Source of the DNA: Mustelus asterias | Lineage: Eukaryota | Direction: 5' to 3' | Length of the DNA stretch: 64,000 nucleotides | Assembly (NCBI RefSeq): GCF_964213995.1 | Contig: NC_135804.1 | Location: forward strand, 59,706,001 to 59,770,000 | Part shown: piece after piece, positions 25,511 through 38,340 of the stretch | How the letters are laid out: each line of letters begins with the position of its first letter | Numbering within the stretch: the stretch's first letter is position 1 | Program-made: the position numbers and the translations under genes | The notes under the pieces: generated by a model | Database searches by the model: none | What the model was told of the DNA's origin: nothing | The model's input: only the letters and a program-made list of their open reading frames with translations

Positions 25511-25952
25511 ACGTCTCCTCTTCCACCAGAGGCGCAAACATCCTAAACCACTGCTAAACAAACAACAAAGATGCCCACCGCTCTATCAATCACCCATACT
25601 TTGGCAAATCAGACCACAGGGCTGTGCTCCAGCTCCCGGCTTACAAGCAAAAGCTGAAGCGGGAGAATCCATCAAAGAAAGTCTTGCAAAGCTGGTCTGA
25701 GGAATCGGATGATCGTCTCCCCGGGGCTGCTTGGAGTCAGTGGACTGGTCACTATTTAGAAACTCTGCGACCAGTCTGAACGAGTACGCCACTAAAGTAA
25801 CTGGCTTCATTCGGAAGTGTGTAGAAGACTGGGTGCCAAAGAGGCAAATCCGTGTGTTCCTAACAGGAAACCATGGGTGAACAGGGATATCCACTGCTTG
25901 CTGAATTCCAGGTCCGAGGTGTTCAAGTCAGACGACACTGACCTATACAGGT

Positions 25953-26779
25953 TGCATGTGTATTTGAGGAAGGGAAAGGGTTAATGTTTTTTTTTGTAGC
26001 CAATGTATTTTGTGCCTAAAAGGTTGAACTTTGTATCTGGAATGCATCATAGCATAACCCTTCCTTATGGCTAGTCTCCCCTTTGTTTATATTGCTCCTG
26101 GTAGTAGTATAAGCCATTTGTTCATGTCATTCATCTTTAACTTTTAGTAGCACAAGCCATTTGTTCTTGGTTTCATCTTTAACTTTTAGTAGTATAAGCC
26201 ATTTGTTCATGGTTCCCTTGCTTGTTTATATCATTCTGATAAAACAGACAGTTAAATGTAGATGTAGGGTTGTAAGTCTTACTTTTTCCATAGGCTTGTG
26301 TACGATTTAAACAAAGGAAGCAGCTATCAAATGGTAGAGTGCGAGAATGGCCGTTTGAAGGAGGACTCCCACTGGGACAGCTGCAATCACACACAGTCAC
26401 TTCAAAGGAAATGCTGCGGGAAGAGCAGGGGACCAGAGGTGGCACCTTGACAACAACGACCAGGAGAATTGTGCTTTATGACCCAAGGATACCAGATAGT
26501 CTCTAACCATGATCCAGAGACTATCAGAAGCTGTTAAAGGAACTATAATTTATGATCAAGGACTGTTAACTGGACTTTGCTTCATGACTTGTATTGGGAA
26601 CCCTGATGTATAAAGGTCCACACTTCTTGTGTTCAGGGAGAACTTTGGTTTCCGCTTTCAAGGGGTCAAGTTCTCCCATAAGCTTGTGAGAATGAAGCCT
26701 ACTCTATTTTGACTCATACCAGCCTCAAGAGGTATATTTACCGACTTCAGTATTCGACATTGTATTCTACAAAGATGCA
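25953..26779 (+). mobile_element. Solo LTR-like element nested in Rex1
   Basis: TG...CA ends; three ~43-bp direct repeats (agtagtataagccatttgttc..., 26102-26212); TATA-like tgtataaagg ~26607; GGGAGAACTT...AAGTTCTCCC hairpin at 26636-26678; decayed polyA-like aatgaa at 26691. Confidence 0.6.
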
Positions 26780-26914
26780 TGTGTCTTTATATGCCCTGTT
26801 TGTGAACAGAACTCCCACTTACCTGACGAAGGAGCTGCGCTCCGAAAGCTAGTGGCTTTTGCTACCAAATACACCTGTTGGACTTTAACCTGGTTTTGTG
26901 AGACTTCTTACTGT
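26779..26914 (+). mobile_element. Penelope-like pLTR fragment
   Basis: Hammerhead core followed by ...accaaatacacctgttggactttaacctggttttgtgagacttcttactgt, the same end seen at 25079 and 63369. Confidence 0.8.
26815..26855 (+). ncRNA. Minimal (Penelope-type) hammerhead ribozyme motif
   Basis: CTGACGA 26823-26829; stem II GGAGC/GCTCC (26831-26843); GAAA 26844-26847; palindromic AGCT in place of stem III; CCACT/AGTGG flanking stem I. Confidence 0.75.
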
Positions 26915-29049
26915 CTGTCCAAAAAGCCAGATACGATCTAAGGAGATCAATCAAAGATGCCAAAAGACAGTATCGAACCAAACTAGAGTCCCAGGCTAGC
27001 CACACCAACCCCCGCGGACTATGGCAAAGACTGCAAGACATAACGGCCTACAAGATGAAGGCGTGTAAAATCGGCGGCTCCAACGCACCCCTCCCTGATG
27101 AGCTCAATGCATTCCAAGCCGGTTTTGAGCAAGAGCTCAGCGAGAGCATGCCCTCCACCCTGGAAGCCCTGGATGAACCTGTATCTGTGGTCACCATTGC
27201 AGATGTCAGAGCAGCTTTCTCGAAGGTAAACCCATGGAAAGCGACTGGCCCGGATGGGGTGCCGGGAGGAGCACTCAAATCCTGTGCAGATCAGCTAGTG
27301 GGAGTATTCGCAGACACCTTCAACCTCTCTTTACAACAATCTGAAGGCCATATCGGCTTCAAGAAGGCAACCATCATTCCGTTACCTAAAAAAAACCATG
27401 CAGCGTGTCTTGATGACTATCGGCAGGTGGCTCTGACATCCATCATTATGAAGTGCTTCCAAAGGCTCGTCATGGCACGAATCAATTCCAGCCTCCCGGA
27501 CTACTTGGACCCACTACAGTCTGGCTATTATAGCAACAGATCCACAGCAGACGCATTCTCCCTGGTCCTGCACTCAACCCTGGAACACCTAGATAACAAG
27601 GACACCTATGTCAGCCTCCTATTTATTGACTACCGTTCAGCCTTCAACACCATTATTCCCACAAAACGCATCTCCAATTTCCTAGCCTGGCCCTCAGCGC
27701 CTCCCTCTGCAACTGGATTCTGGACTTCCTAACTCACAAACCACAATCAGTAATGAATGGCAACAACACCTCCTCCACGATCGTCCTCAACACCAGTTCC
27801 CCACAAGGTCGTGTTCTCAGCCCCCTACGATACTCCTTATACACCTATAGCTGTGGGCCAAATTCCCCTCCAATTCGATTTTCAAGTTTGCTGACGACAC
27901 CACCGTAGTGGGTCAGATCTCAAACACTGACGAGACAGAGTACAGGAATGAGATAGAGAATCTGCTGACCTGGTGCGGCAACAAAAATATCTCCCTCAAT
28001 CTCAACAAAACAAAGGAGATTGTCATCGACTTCTAGAAGTTTAAAGGAGAAGATGCTCTTGTCCACATCAATGGGGATGAAGTAGAAAGGGTCGAGAGCT
28101 TCAGGTTTTTAGGTGTCCAGATCACCAACAACCTGTCCTGGTCCCCGCATGCCGACACTATAGTTAAGCCCACCAGCACCTCTACTTTCTCAAAAGACGA
28201 AGGAAATTTGGCATGTCTGCTGCGACTCACACCAACTGTTACAGATGCACCATAGAAAACATTCTTTCTGATTGTATCACAGCTTGGTATGACTCCTGCT
28301 CTGCCCAAGATCGCAAGGAACTACAGAAGTCGTGAATGTAGCCCAATCCATCACGCAAACCAGCCTTCCATCCATTGATTCTGTCTACACTTCCCTCTGC
28401 CTCGGCAAAGCAGCCAGCATAATTAAGGACCCCACGCACCCCGGGCATTCTCTCTTCTACCTTCTTCTGTCGGGAAAAAGATACAAACGTCTGAGGTCAC
28501 CTACCAACCGACTCAAGAACAGCTTCTTCCCTGCTACTGTCAGACTTTTGAATGGACTTACCTTGCATTAAGTTGATCTTTCTCCACACCCTAGCTATGA
28601 CTGGAACACGACATTCTGCACTTTCTCGTTTTCTTCTCTATGAACGGTATGCTTTGTCTGCATAGCGCAATAAACGATACTTTTCACTGTATGTTAATTC
28701 ATGTGACAATAATAAATCCAATCTAATCAAATAAATTAAATGCTCCGTTTCTTTCACGAAAACTGACCAATACGAAACTGAAATACCATAACATATGGCG
28801 CTGAAGAATAATACGATCTAAACATCATAACTAAAATTAACATCAGGAAATTTACCTCAGACCATTCAACGCGTTCGCTTTCGCAATGTGGGGATTCCTC
28901 TCGCAGAAGATTCGAAAACTTTGACGGCACTGGCATGTCACCTAATCATGAAAATATATGTGAGCGTGTGTTCATATGTTTACATCTGTAAGTGTGTGCC
29001 GAGGTTATACAGTTGCATAACTGTCATCCTGAACTGAGACATAAAGGTG

Positions 29050-29970
29050 ACGTCATTGTCGAAAAACTAAAGTAAACAATTTAATATTTCCCCAGCCAGG
29101 GAAACATTATGCAATAATAATTTCGCAGCCCAATAATCCGACATGGGACATGTCATTGACTCGTTGTACTAAATCCGGTAGGAGAAATGTGTCAGATCTT
29201 GGCTCCATCTTTGGTCCTGGGAATTATTTTTCTAATTTGGCAATAAATCTGCAAATTAAAATAAATAAATTCAGAAGTAGCTTCTTCGAAAAATCACAGA
29301 TCGTAACAAAAATATTTCGACAAGGTAATCTTTCACTTTTATGGTTAGGTTAATGTTTCCGATATTTTAATCTGAATGTTGTAATATTAGCAAAATAACT
29401 CACGATCAAATATTCCCATTTATCTCATTCATCTTGTTGCAGAGAGAGAGCAACACTTTCGGAAGGTGATTAAAATATCGCGAAGACAGCTGTGCTTACG
29501 GTGCTTTCTGTTTAAATTTCTGGTCAGGAAGCCTCGGCTGCTTTCGTGCAAGTTTTAATCTTCGATCATCCAATATAATTCACTGCCAAAAATAAAATAA
29601 ACCATGTGGTGGTTATGAATAACTGTTGCCGGAAGTCAAGTGAAAGCACTCGCAACAGAATTTGGTGAATTGGCTGTTGTCTTTTCTGGTCCCAGGAGGC
29701 ACTTTTGCAAGAGAAAACGTACTCGTGGTCTCACTAATGAGAAGTGCCGTTGGCAGAAACGAAACCGCTTTTCTGAACGAAGAATTGCAACATTTGATGT
29801 TGTCTAATTTTTATGTTATTGGACGTAAACCAACAAGTGTGAGGTGAAATCTCAATATACCAATTTGAAATCTGTTTGGAAAATAAGAAAGCCATGAAAC
29901 AAAATGATTATTTGCTTTAAAAAATGTTTCACTGCGACTCATTTTATGGATGTGACTAAAGCTTAAAATA
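29050..29970 (+). repeat. Paralogous copy of the receptor 5' flank with no coding exons following
   Basis: Matches 14810-16045. Similarity ends about 600 bp short of the ATG-equivalent position, just before a CR1 fragment at ~30060. Confidence 0.8.
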
Positions 29971-30059
29971 GGAGTTATCAGAAAAGCTGAGCAAGACACT
30001 GTTGGGCTGCTGGAAGTTCACATTGTTCTCTTAGCCGAATAGTTTCCTTCGGTATGCAC

Positions 30060-30724
30060 GTGCAGTCCGTAATGCAAAAGGCAAATGCGATGTTGGCATT
30101 TATCGGGAATATAAAAGTAGAGAAGTGTTGTTGCAATTTTATAGGACGTTAGTGAGACCACATCTGGAGTGTTGTACCCTGTTTTGCTCTCCTTATTTTA
30201 AGAAGGGTGTGTTGGCGTTGGAGGCAGTTTAGAGGAATTTCACCAGATATATTCCCAGGATGAAGTGGTTGACGTTTAAGGGGTGATAGAACAGTTTGGG
30301 CTTGTACTCACTGGAGTTTGGAAGGATAACAAGGGATCTGATCGAGGTATATAAAATTTTAAAAGAGATTGATAAAGTAAATGCAGAGCAAATGTTTCCT
30401 ATTGACGGGCAATCGAGAGCAAGAGATCACGGGTATAGGTTGCAAGCCAGTAGATTTAAAACTGAGATGAGGAGGAACTATTCTCGCAGAGAGTGGTGAT
30501 TTTGTGGAATTCGCTGTCCTATAGCGCAGTGGAGTCTGAATCGCTGAATGATTTTAAGAAAGGGATAGACATATCTCCAACAAAAGAAGAACGGAGGGAT
30601 ATAGGGAAGAGGTGGGAAGGTGGATTTGAGATCAGGGAGAGATCAGACATAATCTGATTGAATGGCGGAGCAGGCTCAAAGAGCTAAATTTGTCGACTTC
30701 ATTCCTCATTCCTATGTTCCTATT
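30060..30724 (+). mobile_element. CR1 LINE 3' fragment
   Basis: LGLYSLEFGRITRDLIEVYKILKEIDKV; 3' tail cctatgttcctat. Confidence 0.85.
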
Positions 30725-31549
30725 AACGGACTAACGATGGATTTGGGAAAACCTGGACTGAGTCCCAAACTAGTATGGTTGGCTCTGACCTGTCCTCTGA
30801 ATAGGTCGATCAACGCATTCGGTTGCAACGAAACTTGAAAGAGAAATCCCGGCGTACCACTTGGTCTTGGCAAAGGGCTGAGCCCAAAACCAGGAGCAAA
30901 ATGAAGATGAAATCATGCATTCGGAGCGCCGCTAATGGCGTGCGTTTCAATTAGTTTGCTTGCTTTCAAAGATGAATAAGCCGGTTTAAAACAATGTTGC
31001 TGATTTTTCGCCCGCTCCACTTCTGCTCTTGAAAGTGAATCAGTTGTGCATTCTACAATGAACACAACGTGAGCGAACTGATCATTCTTCAAGCGTGATT
31101 CCCAATGGTGATAGAACGCGGCACTGGACCCAGAACTGACCCATAGAGAACGGTCAAATATGTTTATGACTTGGACCAGGGAGGCCGACTGCAAAGTTGA
31201 GACAGGTGAGGAAATGAATTTCAGTCCTGCGCCCTGGAAGCCCTTACCGTTCCCGAACAGAGCATCCAAATGGTCCTGAAATTGTTCAATTGATTTTTCT
31301 TTTGCTGCACTCTTCTAACTGCTACGAATTTAAATCGTAAAAAAATGGAGGTAACTACCCTTAGCAGGGATGGTGGTTAGAATTTAACATCTGGACGTTC
31401 TCTGCCAGAAAAGGTTGTTGAATCGCAGTGCGCTTTATATGGAGTGATATGTGGAGCTGCACGATTTACTTCTGTGGTGCAATATTTTGGATGTCTACAA
31501 TGTTTGCTAATACCACATTCTTAGTATTCTATAATTCGTATTCAAGAAG

Positions 31550-32420
31550 GGAAGTAGGGGGAAAAAACAAGTACCTACAGGCCTGTGAGTCGAAACTCAG
31601 TGGTGGGGAAATTTTTAGAAAACTTTCTGAGGGGCAGAATTAATCTGCATTTCGTGAGACAAGGATTAATCAAGAGCAGTCAGCGTGGCTTTGTCAGGGG
31701 CGATCTTGTCAAACAAATTTGATTAATTTTTCGAGGAGGTGATTGCGTGTGCAGATTAGTGCAGTGCAGTCCATGTACGCTGCATGGACTTCCATAAGGA
31801 TTCTGACAAGGTCAAATGGGAGACTGATCAAGAAGATTAGAATCCATAGGATCCACGGCAATTTGGCTAATTGAATGTAAAATTGACTTAGTGGCAGGAG
31901 GCAGAGTGTTATGGTCGAAATTTGTTTTATGACTGGGGGCCAGGGCCCAGTAGTGTGCCCAAGGATCTGTGCTGGGTCACCTGCTGTTTGCATTGTACAT
32001 TAATGATCCAAACGTGAATGTGGAAGCTGTGTTCAGGAAGTTTGCAAATGGCACGAAAAGTTGTGGTGTGGTATACAGGAGGAAAGCTTAGAATACGGAG
32101 TGATAGAGTTGGTATGGTCATATGACCCCTTAATTGAGGGGCCAAGAACAAGGTGCATATATTGAAGATAAGGAGCAGGAGATTTAGAGGTGATTTGAGG
32201 AAAACCTTTTTCACACAGAATGTGGTGGGAATCTGGAATTCACTGTCTGAAAGGATGGTAGAGGTGTGAACTCCTACAGCATTGAAGAAACCTTTAGCTG
32301 AGCACTTCAAACGCCACATACCTCCAACTTTCACGTCTGGATCAATAATGTACACTGCAAACAGCAAGCAACCCAGCACCAATCCTTGGGCCAAGTGCTG
32401 AAAAATGGGATTAGAAAATA
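31550..32420 (+). mobile_element. Old CR1 fragment(s)
   Basis: Decayed YRPVS, SQRGFV and VPQGSVLG blocks. Confidence 0.7.
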
Positions 32421-32424
32421 GATA

Positions 32425-33060
32425 TGTTAGGATGTCAGATCAGAAATCCCAAGGGATGGTATGAACCCAGACTGGACCCCAACATTTTTTTTTATTTTTG
32501 GCATAAATGTGAGGAAAGGATACTTCGCCTTAGGAGTAATGCCACGAACAAATCAGGGATCTTTTGTTTATCAAAACACCTTTATTCATATCACAGTTTA
32601 AGCAAAAGTCTAACAAAATGACACATATGAACTCCTAACTGTGGAACATTCTTTAAACATGTAAAGAAACAACAATTAACTTCTCACTCATCACCAGTCA
32701 GCTCCAATTAAACAATATTTCTCTAATAGATTTGAACCTCTCTTTAAATATGGTTAGCATAACCTGCTCTGACTTGGAAAACAGACTGGGAGCTTTCAGG
32801 GAAATCTTTCAGAAACAGGGAGAGAGATAGAGAGAGAGAGCTGCTTGTAGGCTGCTATCTTTAAACAGCCTTCTCCAGCAACTGCTGCTTTTTAAATAAA
32901 ATCTCTTTTTCTGCTGCAAGCCCAACTCCTCCCATTTCTCACATCACATGATTCTATCCCTATATACCTAACTTACCTTATTACTTTAATCAAAACACAC
33001 CCTATCAAGCCTTCTGATAAATAAACATTTACATGATTAAAATGAGTAATTATCTTGCCT
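32425..33060 (-). mobile_element. Degenerate LTR-like repeat, related to 50195-50933
   Basis: Shared blocks aaatg(t/c)gaggaaaggat, gagagagct..tgtaggct..at.tttaaacag, and tta(c)tttaatcaaaa. Confidence 0.5.
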
Positions 33061-33729
33061 TTCAGCATCGGCGACATTCCACCCATACAAAGGGATTCTT
33101 TGTCGGAAACCAGTGATTCTTAAAGAACCCCCCCCCCCAACTTTCCCCCTCCCCGCCCCCCCCCCCCCCCCCCCCCCGCCCCCCAAACATAAAAATGTTA
33201 ATAGTCCAGTATTATCGCGGTGCTTGATGGCTGGCACAGATACGTTGCTTGAAGGGCCTCATTCTGCGCTGTACAATTCCATGATTCCGATAGTCATCAA
33301 AACTGGCACAGGTCGCCCGACGGAAATGCAACGAGTTCGCGTTGCCTTACATTATCATTAAATTCCGTGATAAAGGCTTCGTCACTGAAATTTGCCTGTT
33401 GCTATTAACTGGTAACGAAATGTCATAATGATGTAACTCAAGTGATCTGCTTCCAAAATAATTCAATTTTAATGGCGCGACAGACATGCTAAAATACACA
33501 AATAGCTGTAATTCTTATCCTTTTAAGGCTTGTTAATCTTCCAGTTGCCTGTCAAACCAAAGGACGTACATTTGCTGTTCATTGCTTCCAAATTTTAAAG
33601 ACTTCCATCTGGGTTATTGCGCCTTGTCCGCAACAACATGCATTAACTTATAAAGGGAATTTCTCAGAACACGGGTCCTGTTTCCAAGGATCTGTCATTT
33701 CTCTCTACAAATACAATTCTTTTGAAGGA

Positions 33730-35670
33730 CGTTGTGGGAGGCTCGGGAGGTCCCCGAGCAGAGATATTTAAATCATTGACAGGTACAGGCGATGTGCCTT
33801 AACCATAGAAACATAGACATCCTACAGTCCAGAAGGAGGCCATTCGGCCCATAGATTATGTACCGACCACAATCCCACCCAGGCCTTATTCCCATCACCT
33901 TCATTTGCTAATCACCCTGACGGTAGGGTCAATTTAGCATGACCAATCAACCCAACCCGCACATCTTTGGACAGTGGGAGGAAACCGGAGCACCCGGAGG
34001 AAACCCACGCAGACACGGGGAGAAAGTGAAACCTCCTCACAGACAGTAGTCCAAGGCAGGAATTGAACCTGTGTCCCTGGCGTTGTGTGTCAGCAGTGCT
34101 AACCACTGCGCAACCGCGCCGCCCTTAAGATTGAAGAATGGCAAATATTGTGCCTTTGTTTAAGAAGGGCTGCACTGAAAAGCCCGGGAACGACAGACGG
34201 TGAACTTAACTTATGCAGTGAGTAAGTTGTTAGTAGGTATTCTGAGAGACAGGATCGACAGGCATTTAGAGAGGCAAGGATTGATTCGGGACAGTCAGCA
34301 TGGCTTTGCGAGTGGAAAATCATGTCTCACGAATTTCATTGAGTTTTTTTGAAGGGGTAACCAAGAACGTAGATGAGGGCAGCGCAGTCCACGTTTTCTA
34401 CATGAACTTTAGCAAGCCTTTGACTAGGTACCACATGGTAGGGTGTTGCACGAGGTTAAATCTCACGGGATCCAGAATGAGATAATCAATTGGAAACAAA
34501 ATTAGCTTGACGACAGAAGACAGATGGTGATTGCAGAGGGTTTTGTTTTCCAAACTGGAGGCCTACGATCAGCGGTGTGCCTCAGGGATCTGTGCTGGGT
34601 CCACTGTTATTTATCATTTTTATGAATGATTTGGATGATAATTTATGGGGCCTGGTTAGTAAGTTTGCAGATGACACCAAGATTGGTGGCATAGTGGACA
34701 GTGAAGAAGGTGAGCAGGGTGGTGAAGAAGGCATTCGACATGCTTGATTTCATTGGTCAGAACATTAAATACAGGAGTTAGGACGTCTTGTTGAAGTTGC
34801 ACAAGACATTGGTAAGGCCACACTTCGAATACTCTGTACAGTTCTGGTCACCCTATTATAGAAAGGATATTATTAAACGAGAAAGAATGCAGAAAAGATT
34901 TATTAGGATGCGACCGGGACTTAATGTTTTGAGTTTTAAGGAGCGGCTGGATAGACTGGGACTTTTTTCCCTGGAACGTAGGAGTCTTAGGGGTGATATT
35001 ATAAAGGTCTATGAAATAATGATGGGCATAGATAAAATAGATAGTCAACATATTTTCTCGAATGTAGGGTAGTCTAAAACTAGAGGGCATAGGTTTAAGG
35101 TGAGAGGGGAAAGATACAAAAGGGTCCAAAGGGGCATTTTTTTCACATAGAGGTTGACGAGTGTCTGGAACGAGCTGCCAGATTCAGTAGAGGCGGGTAC
35201 AATTTTGACTTTTCAAAAGCATTTAGGCAGTTTCATATGTAAGATGGATATAGAGGGATATGAGCCAAATGCAGGCAATCGGGAGTCGCTGAGTTGTAAC
35301 AACTGGATGGCACGAACAAACTGGGCTGAAGTGCCTCTGTCCATGCTGTAAACCTTTATGACTCTATGACCCTATGACATGATCTCAAAGTAAGGGTCTC
35401 CCATTTGTAACAGAGATGAGGAGGAATTACTTCTCTCAGAGGGTAGTGAATCTGTGGAATTGTTTACCACAGAGGGCTTTAGAGGTTGGACTGTTTAGTA
35501 TGTTCTAGGCTGAGATAGACAGATTTTTAATCAGTAAGGAATGCTAAGATTACAGGGATAAAACAGGAAGCTGGATTTGCAGATTATCATTTCAGATCAG
35601 TCATGAACTCATTGAAGCAGACTGGATGGGGGGCCAAATGGCCTTCTTCTGCTCCGATGTCTCATGGCCT
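33730..35670 (+). mobile_element. CR1 LINE fragment (33730-35380, internally deleted, SINE inserted) plus a second CR1 3' piece (35380-35670)
   Basis: [34 protein letters not shown]; tail tatgactctatgaccctatgac. Confidence 0.85.
33804..34124 (-). mobile_element. HE1-type SINE inserted in CR1
   Basis: Full head, V-core and tail on the reverse strand. Confidence 0.9.
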
Positions 35671-36185
35671 TTTCATTTCATTTAACTTATTATTGTCACG
35701 TGTATTGGGATATATTGGAAAAGTATCGTATCTTGAGCAACACGGTCAAACATATATAGTTCATAGAGTGCATGGGGAAGACGGAATGGGGAGGGTGCAG
35801 AGTATAGTGTTGCAGTTACAGATAGGGTGAAGAGAAAGATCAACTTAGGATCACTTTGACGGCAGCAGGGAAGAAATTGTTCTTGATTCGGTTGATAGGT
35901 CAGCTGAGGCTTTTGTATCTATCTCCCGACTGAAGATGGTGAAAGAAGATATGACCGTGGAGCCCGGGGTCTTGAAAAAAGGCAGCTGCTTTTCCTGGGC
36001 AACGGGAAGTGTAGACGGAGTCAGTGGAGGTTGGTTTGTGTGATGGACTGGGCTACGTTCACAACCCTTTGCAATTTCGCGCGGCCTTGATCAGAGCAGG
36101 AGCCATATCAAGCTGTGATACATCGGAAAGGGTGATTTCTATGATGCGTTTGTAAAGATGAGTGAGAGTCGGAGCAGACAAAGTT
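35660..36185 (-). mobile_element. Rex1/Babar 3' fragment
   Basis: Reverse complement of 28200-28720. Confidence 0.8.
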
Positions 36186-38340
36186 CCAAGTTTTGACCCA
36201 GCAGCAATGAGGAAACGGCGATATATTTCCAAGTCAAGATGGTATGAAACTGAGGGGGAACCTATAGGTTACTATAGTGTTACCAAGCATCTGCAGCCCT
36301 TGTTCTTCTTGGTTTCAGAGGTCACAGTGTTGGAAGGTCCTGTTGAGGGAGCATTGGTGAGTTGTTGCAGTGCGTTTTATACATGGAGGCCACTGTACAT
36401 ACGTGTTGGAGGGAGTGAATGTTGAAGGTGGCGAATGGGCCTCCAGTCAAATAGGTTGCTTTGCCCCTGGATGATGTTGAGCTCCTGAAATGTTGATGCA
36501 GCTCCATTTATGCATGCAACTGGAAAGCACTCAATCACACTCCCGGCTTGAATTGTCGATGATGGATAGGCATTGGGAAGTCATGATTTGAGTTATTCGT
36601 CACCCAGTTCCCAGCCTCTTACTTGCTCTGGTAATCACAGTATTTATTTGGTTGGTCCAATTCTGTGTCCAGTCAACGGTAACACCCAGGATGCTGATAG
36701 TGGGGAATTCAATGAGGACAATTTAATTGGAGATTGTTGGATTCTCTCTTGTTGGATTTGGTCATTGCTAGCATGTGTGGCGTGAATATAACTTGCTACT
36801 TATCAGTTCAAGCCTGAATGTTTTTCAGCACTTGCTGCATTAGGACATGGACTGCATCAGTATCTGAGATTTCACAAATGGTACTGAACCTTGTGTAATC
36901 ATCAGCGAACATTTGCACTTCCAACGATATGATGTAAGGAAGGTTATTGATGAAGCAGCTGAAGATAGTTAGGCCGAGGACACTACCCTCAGGAACTGGT
37001 GTCGCGACTTTGGGACTGAGGTGATTGGCCTCCAACAACCACAGCAACCTTTCTTTGTACTGATAATTACTCTAACCAGTGGAGAAAGTTTCCCTTGATT
37101 TCTATTAACCCCAATTTTGCACAGGCTCCCCTTGGTGCCAAGTTTGGTCAAATGCTGCCTTGATGCCAAGTGCAATCATACTCACCTCACCTCTGGAGTT
37201 CAGCTCTTTCGTCCATGTTTGGAACAAGATTCTAATGAGGTCAGGAACTGAATGGCCCTGGCGGAACCCAAAGGTTCAATGAGCAGGCTATTTCTGAGTA
37301 AGTGGCAGTTCATAGCACGGTTGACATCATTCTGCTCGTAACTGATAGTAGAGTGGTGGAGCAGAAATTGGCAGAGTTGGATTTGTCCTGCTATTTGTGT
37401 ACAGGACATATCTGGGTAACTTCGCACGTTGTTTTGTTGATGCCAGTGTTGTAGCCATACTGGAACAACTTGGCTAGGGGCATATTAAGTTCTGGAGCAC
37501 GACATCAGACCTATTGTCAGAATATTGTAAAGGCACATAGCCTTCGCTGCATCCATTGCTTTTAGCTATTTCTTGAATTCACTTGGAGTGAATTGAATTG
37601 GCTGAAGATTGGAATCTCTGATGTTTCAGACTTCAGGAGGAGGCCAAGATGGATTCAACACTTCTGGCTGAAGATGATTGCAAATGTTGCTGCCCTGCCT
37701 TTTGTGCTGATGTGCTGGATCCCTCCGTCATTGAAGATTTCTTATCAGTCTTCTCCAAATAGTACTTTATTAGTCCACTATCTTTCATGGCTGGATGTAG
37801 AACTGCAGAGCTCAGATCTGATCCATTGATTGTGGGATTGCTTAGCTCTATCTATTACATGTTATTTGGCATGCAAGTAGGCCTCTGTTGTAGCTTCACC
37901 AGGTTGGCACCTGAATTTAGGTATACCTGGTGTTGCTACTGGCATGCCCTCCTGCGTTCTACATTAAACCATGGTTGATCCCCTGGCTTCATGGTAATGA
38001 TAGAATGGGGGGTCCGCTGGACCATGAGGTTACAAATTGTGTTTGCGTACAATTCTGTTATTGCTAATAGCCCACAGTGGGGGCTGTATGGATGCCCAAT
38101 CTTAAGTTGGTAGATCTGTTCGATTTTCTTTTAATGTACATACATTCGTGGGACATGGGTATCCCTGAATGGCTATCACGTGTTGCCCATCCCGAGACAC
38201 CCTTGAACCTCATGGCTTGCAAGGCCATTTCAGAGGACAGTTGAGAGTCAACAACATTGATGTTGGTCTGGAGTCACATGTAGGCCAGACCAGGTAAGGA
38301 CTGCAGGTTTCCATCCCTCAAGGACATTAGTGAACCATAT
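36185..38340 (-). mobile_element. Old CR1/L2-like LINE (RT remnant) followed by a Deu-SINE-like piece (38130-38340)
   Basis: VPEGSVLGLTIFSCFINNLP...MFADD on the reverse strand. Confidence 0.75.

Larger units (their letters stand above)
25510..28735 (+). mobile_element. Rex1/Babar-clade LINE, 5'-truncated and frameshifted, interrupted at ~25950-26920
   Basis: ORF 27055-27732 has [56 protein letters not shown]; later [10 protein letters not shown]. The tail is aataaatccaatctaatcaaat. The coding sequence resumes at 26921 after gacctataca (25949). Confidence 0.92.
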
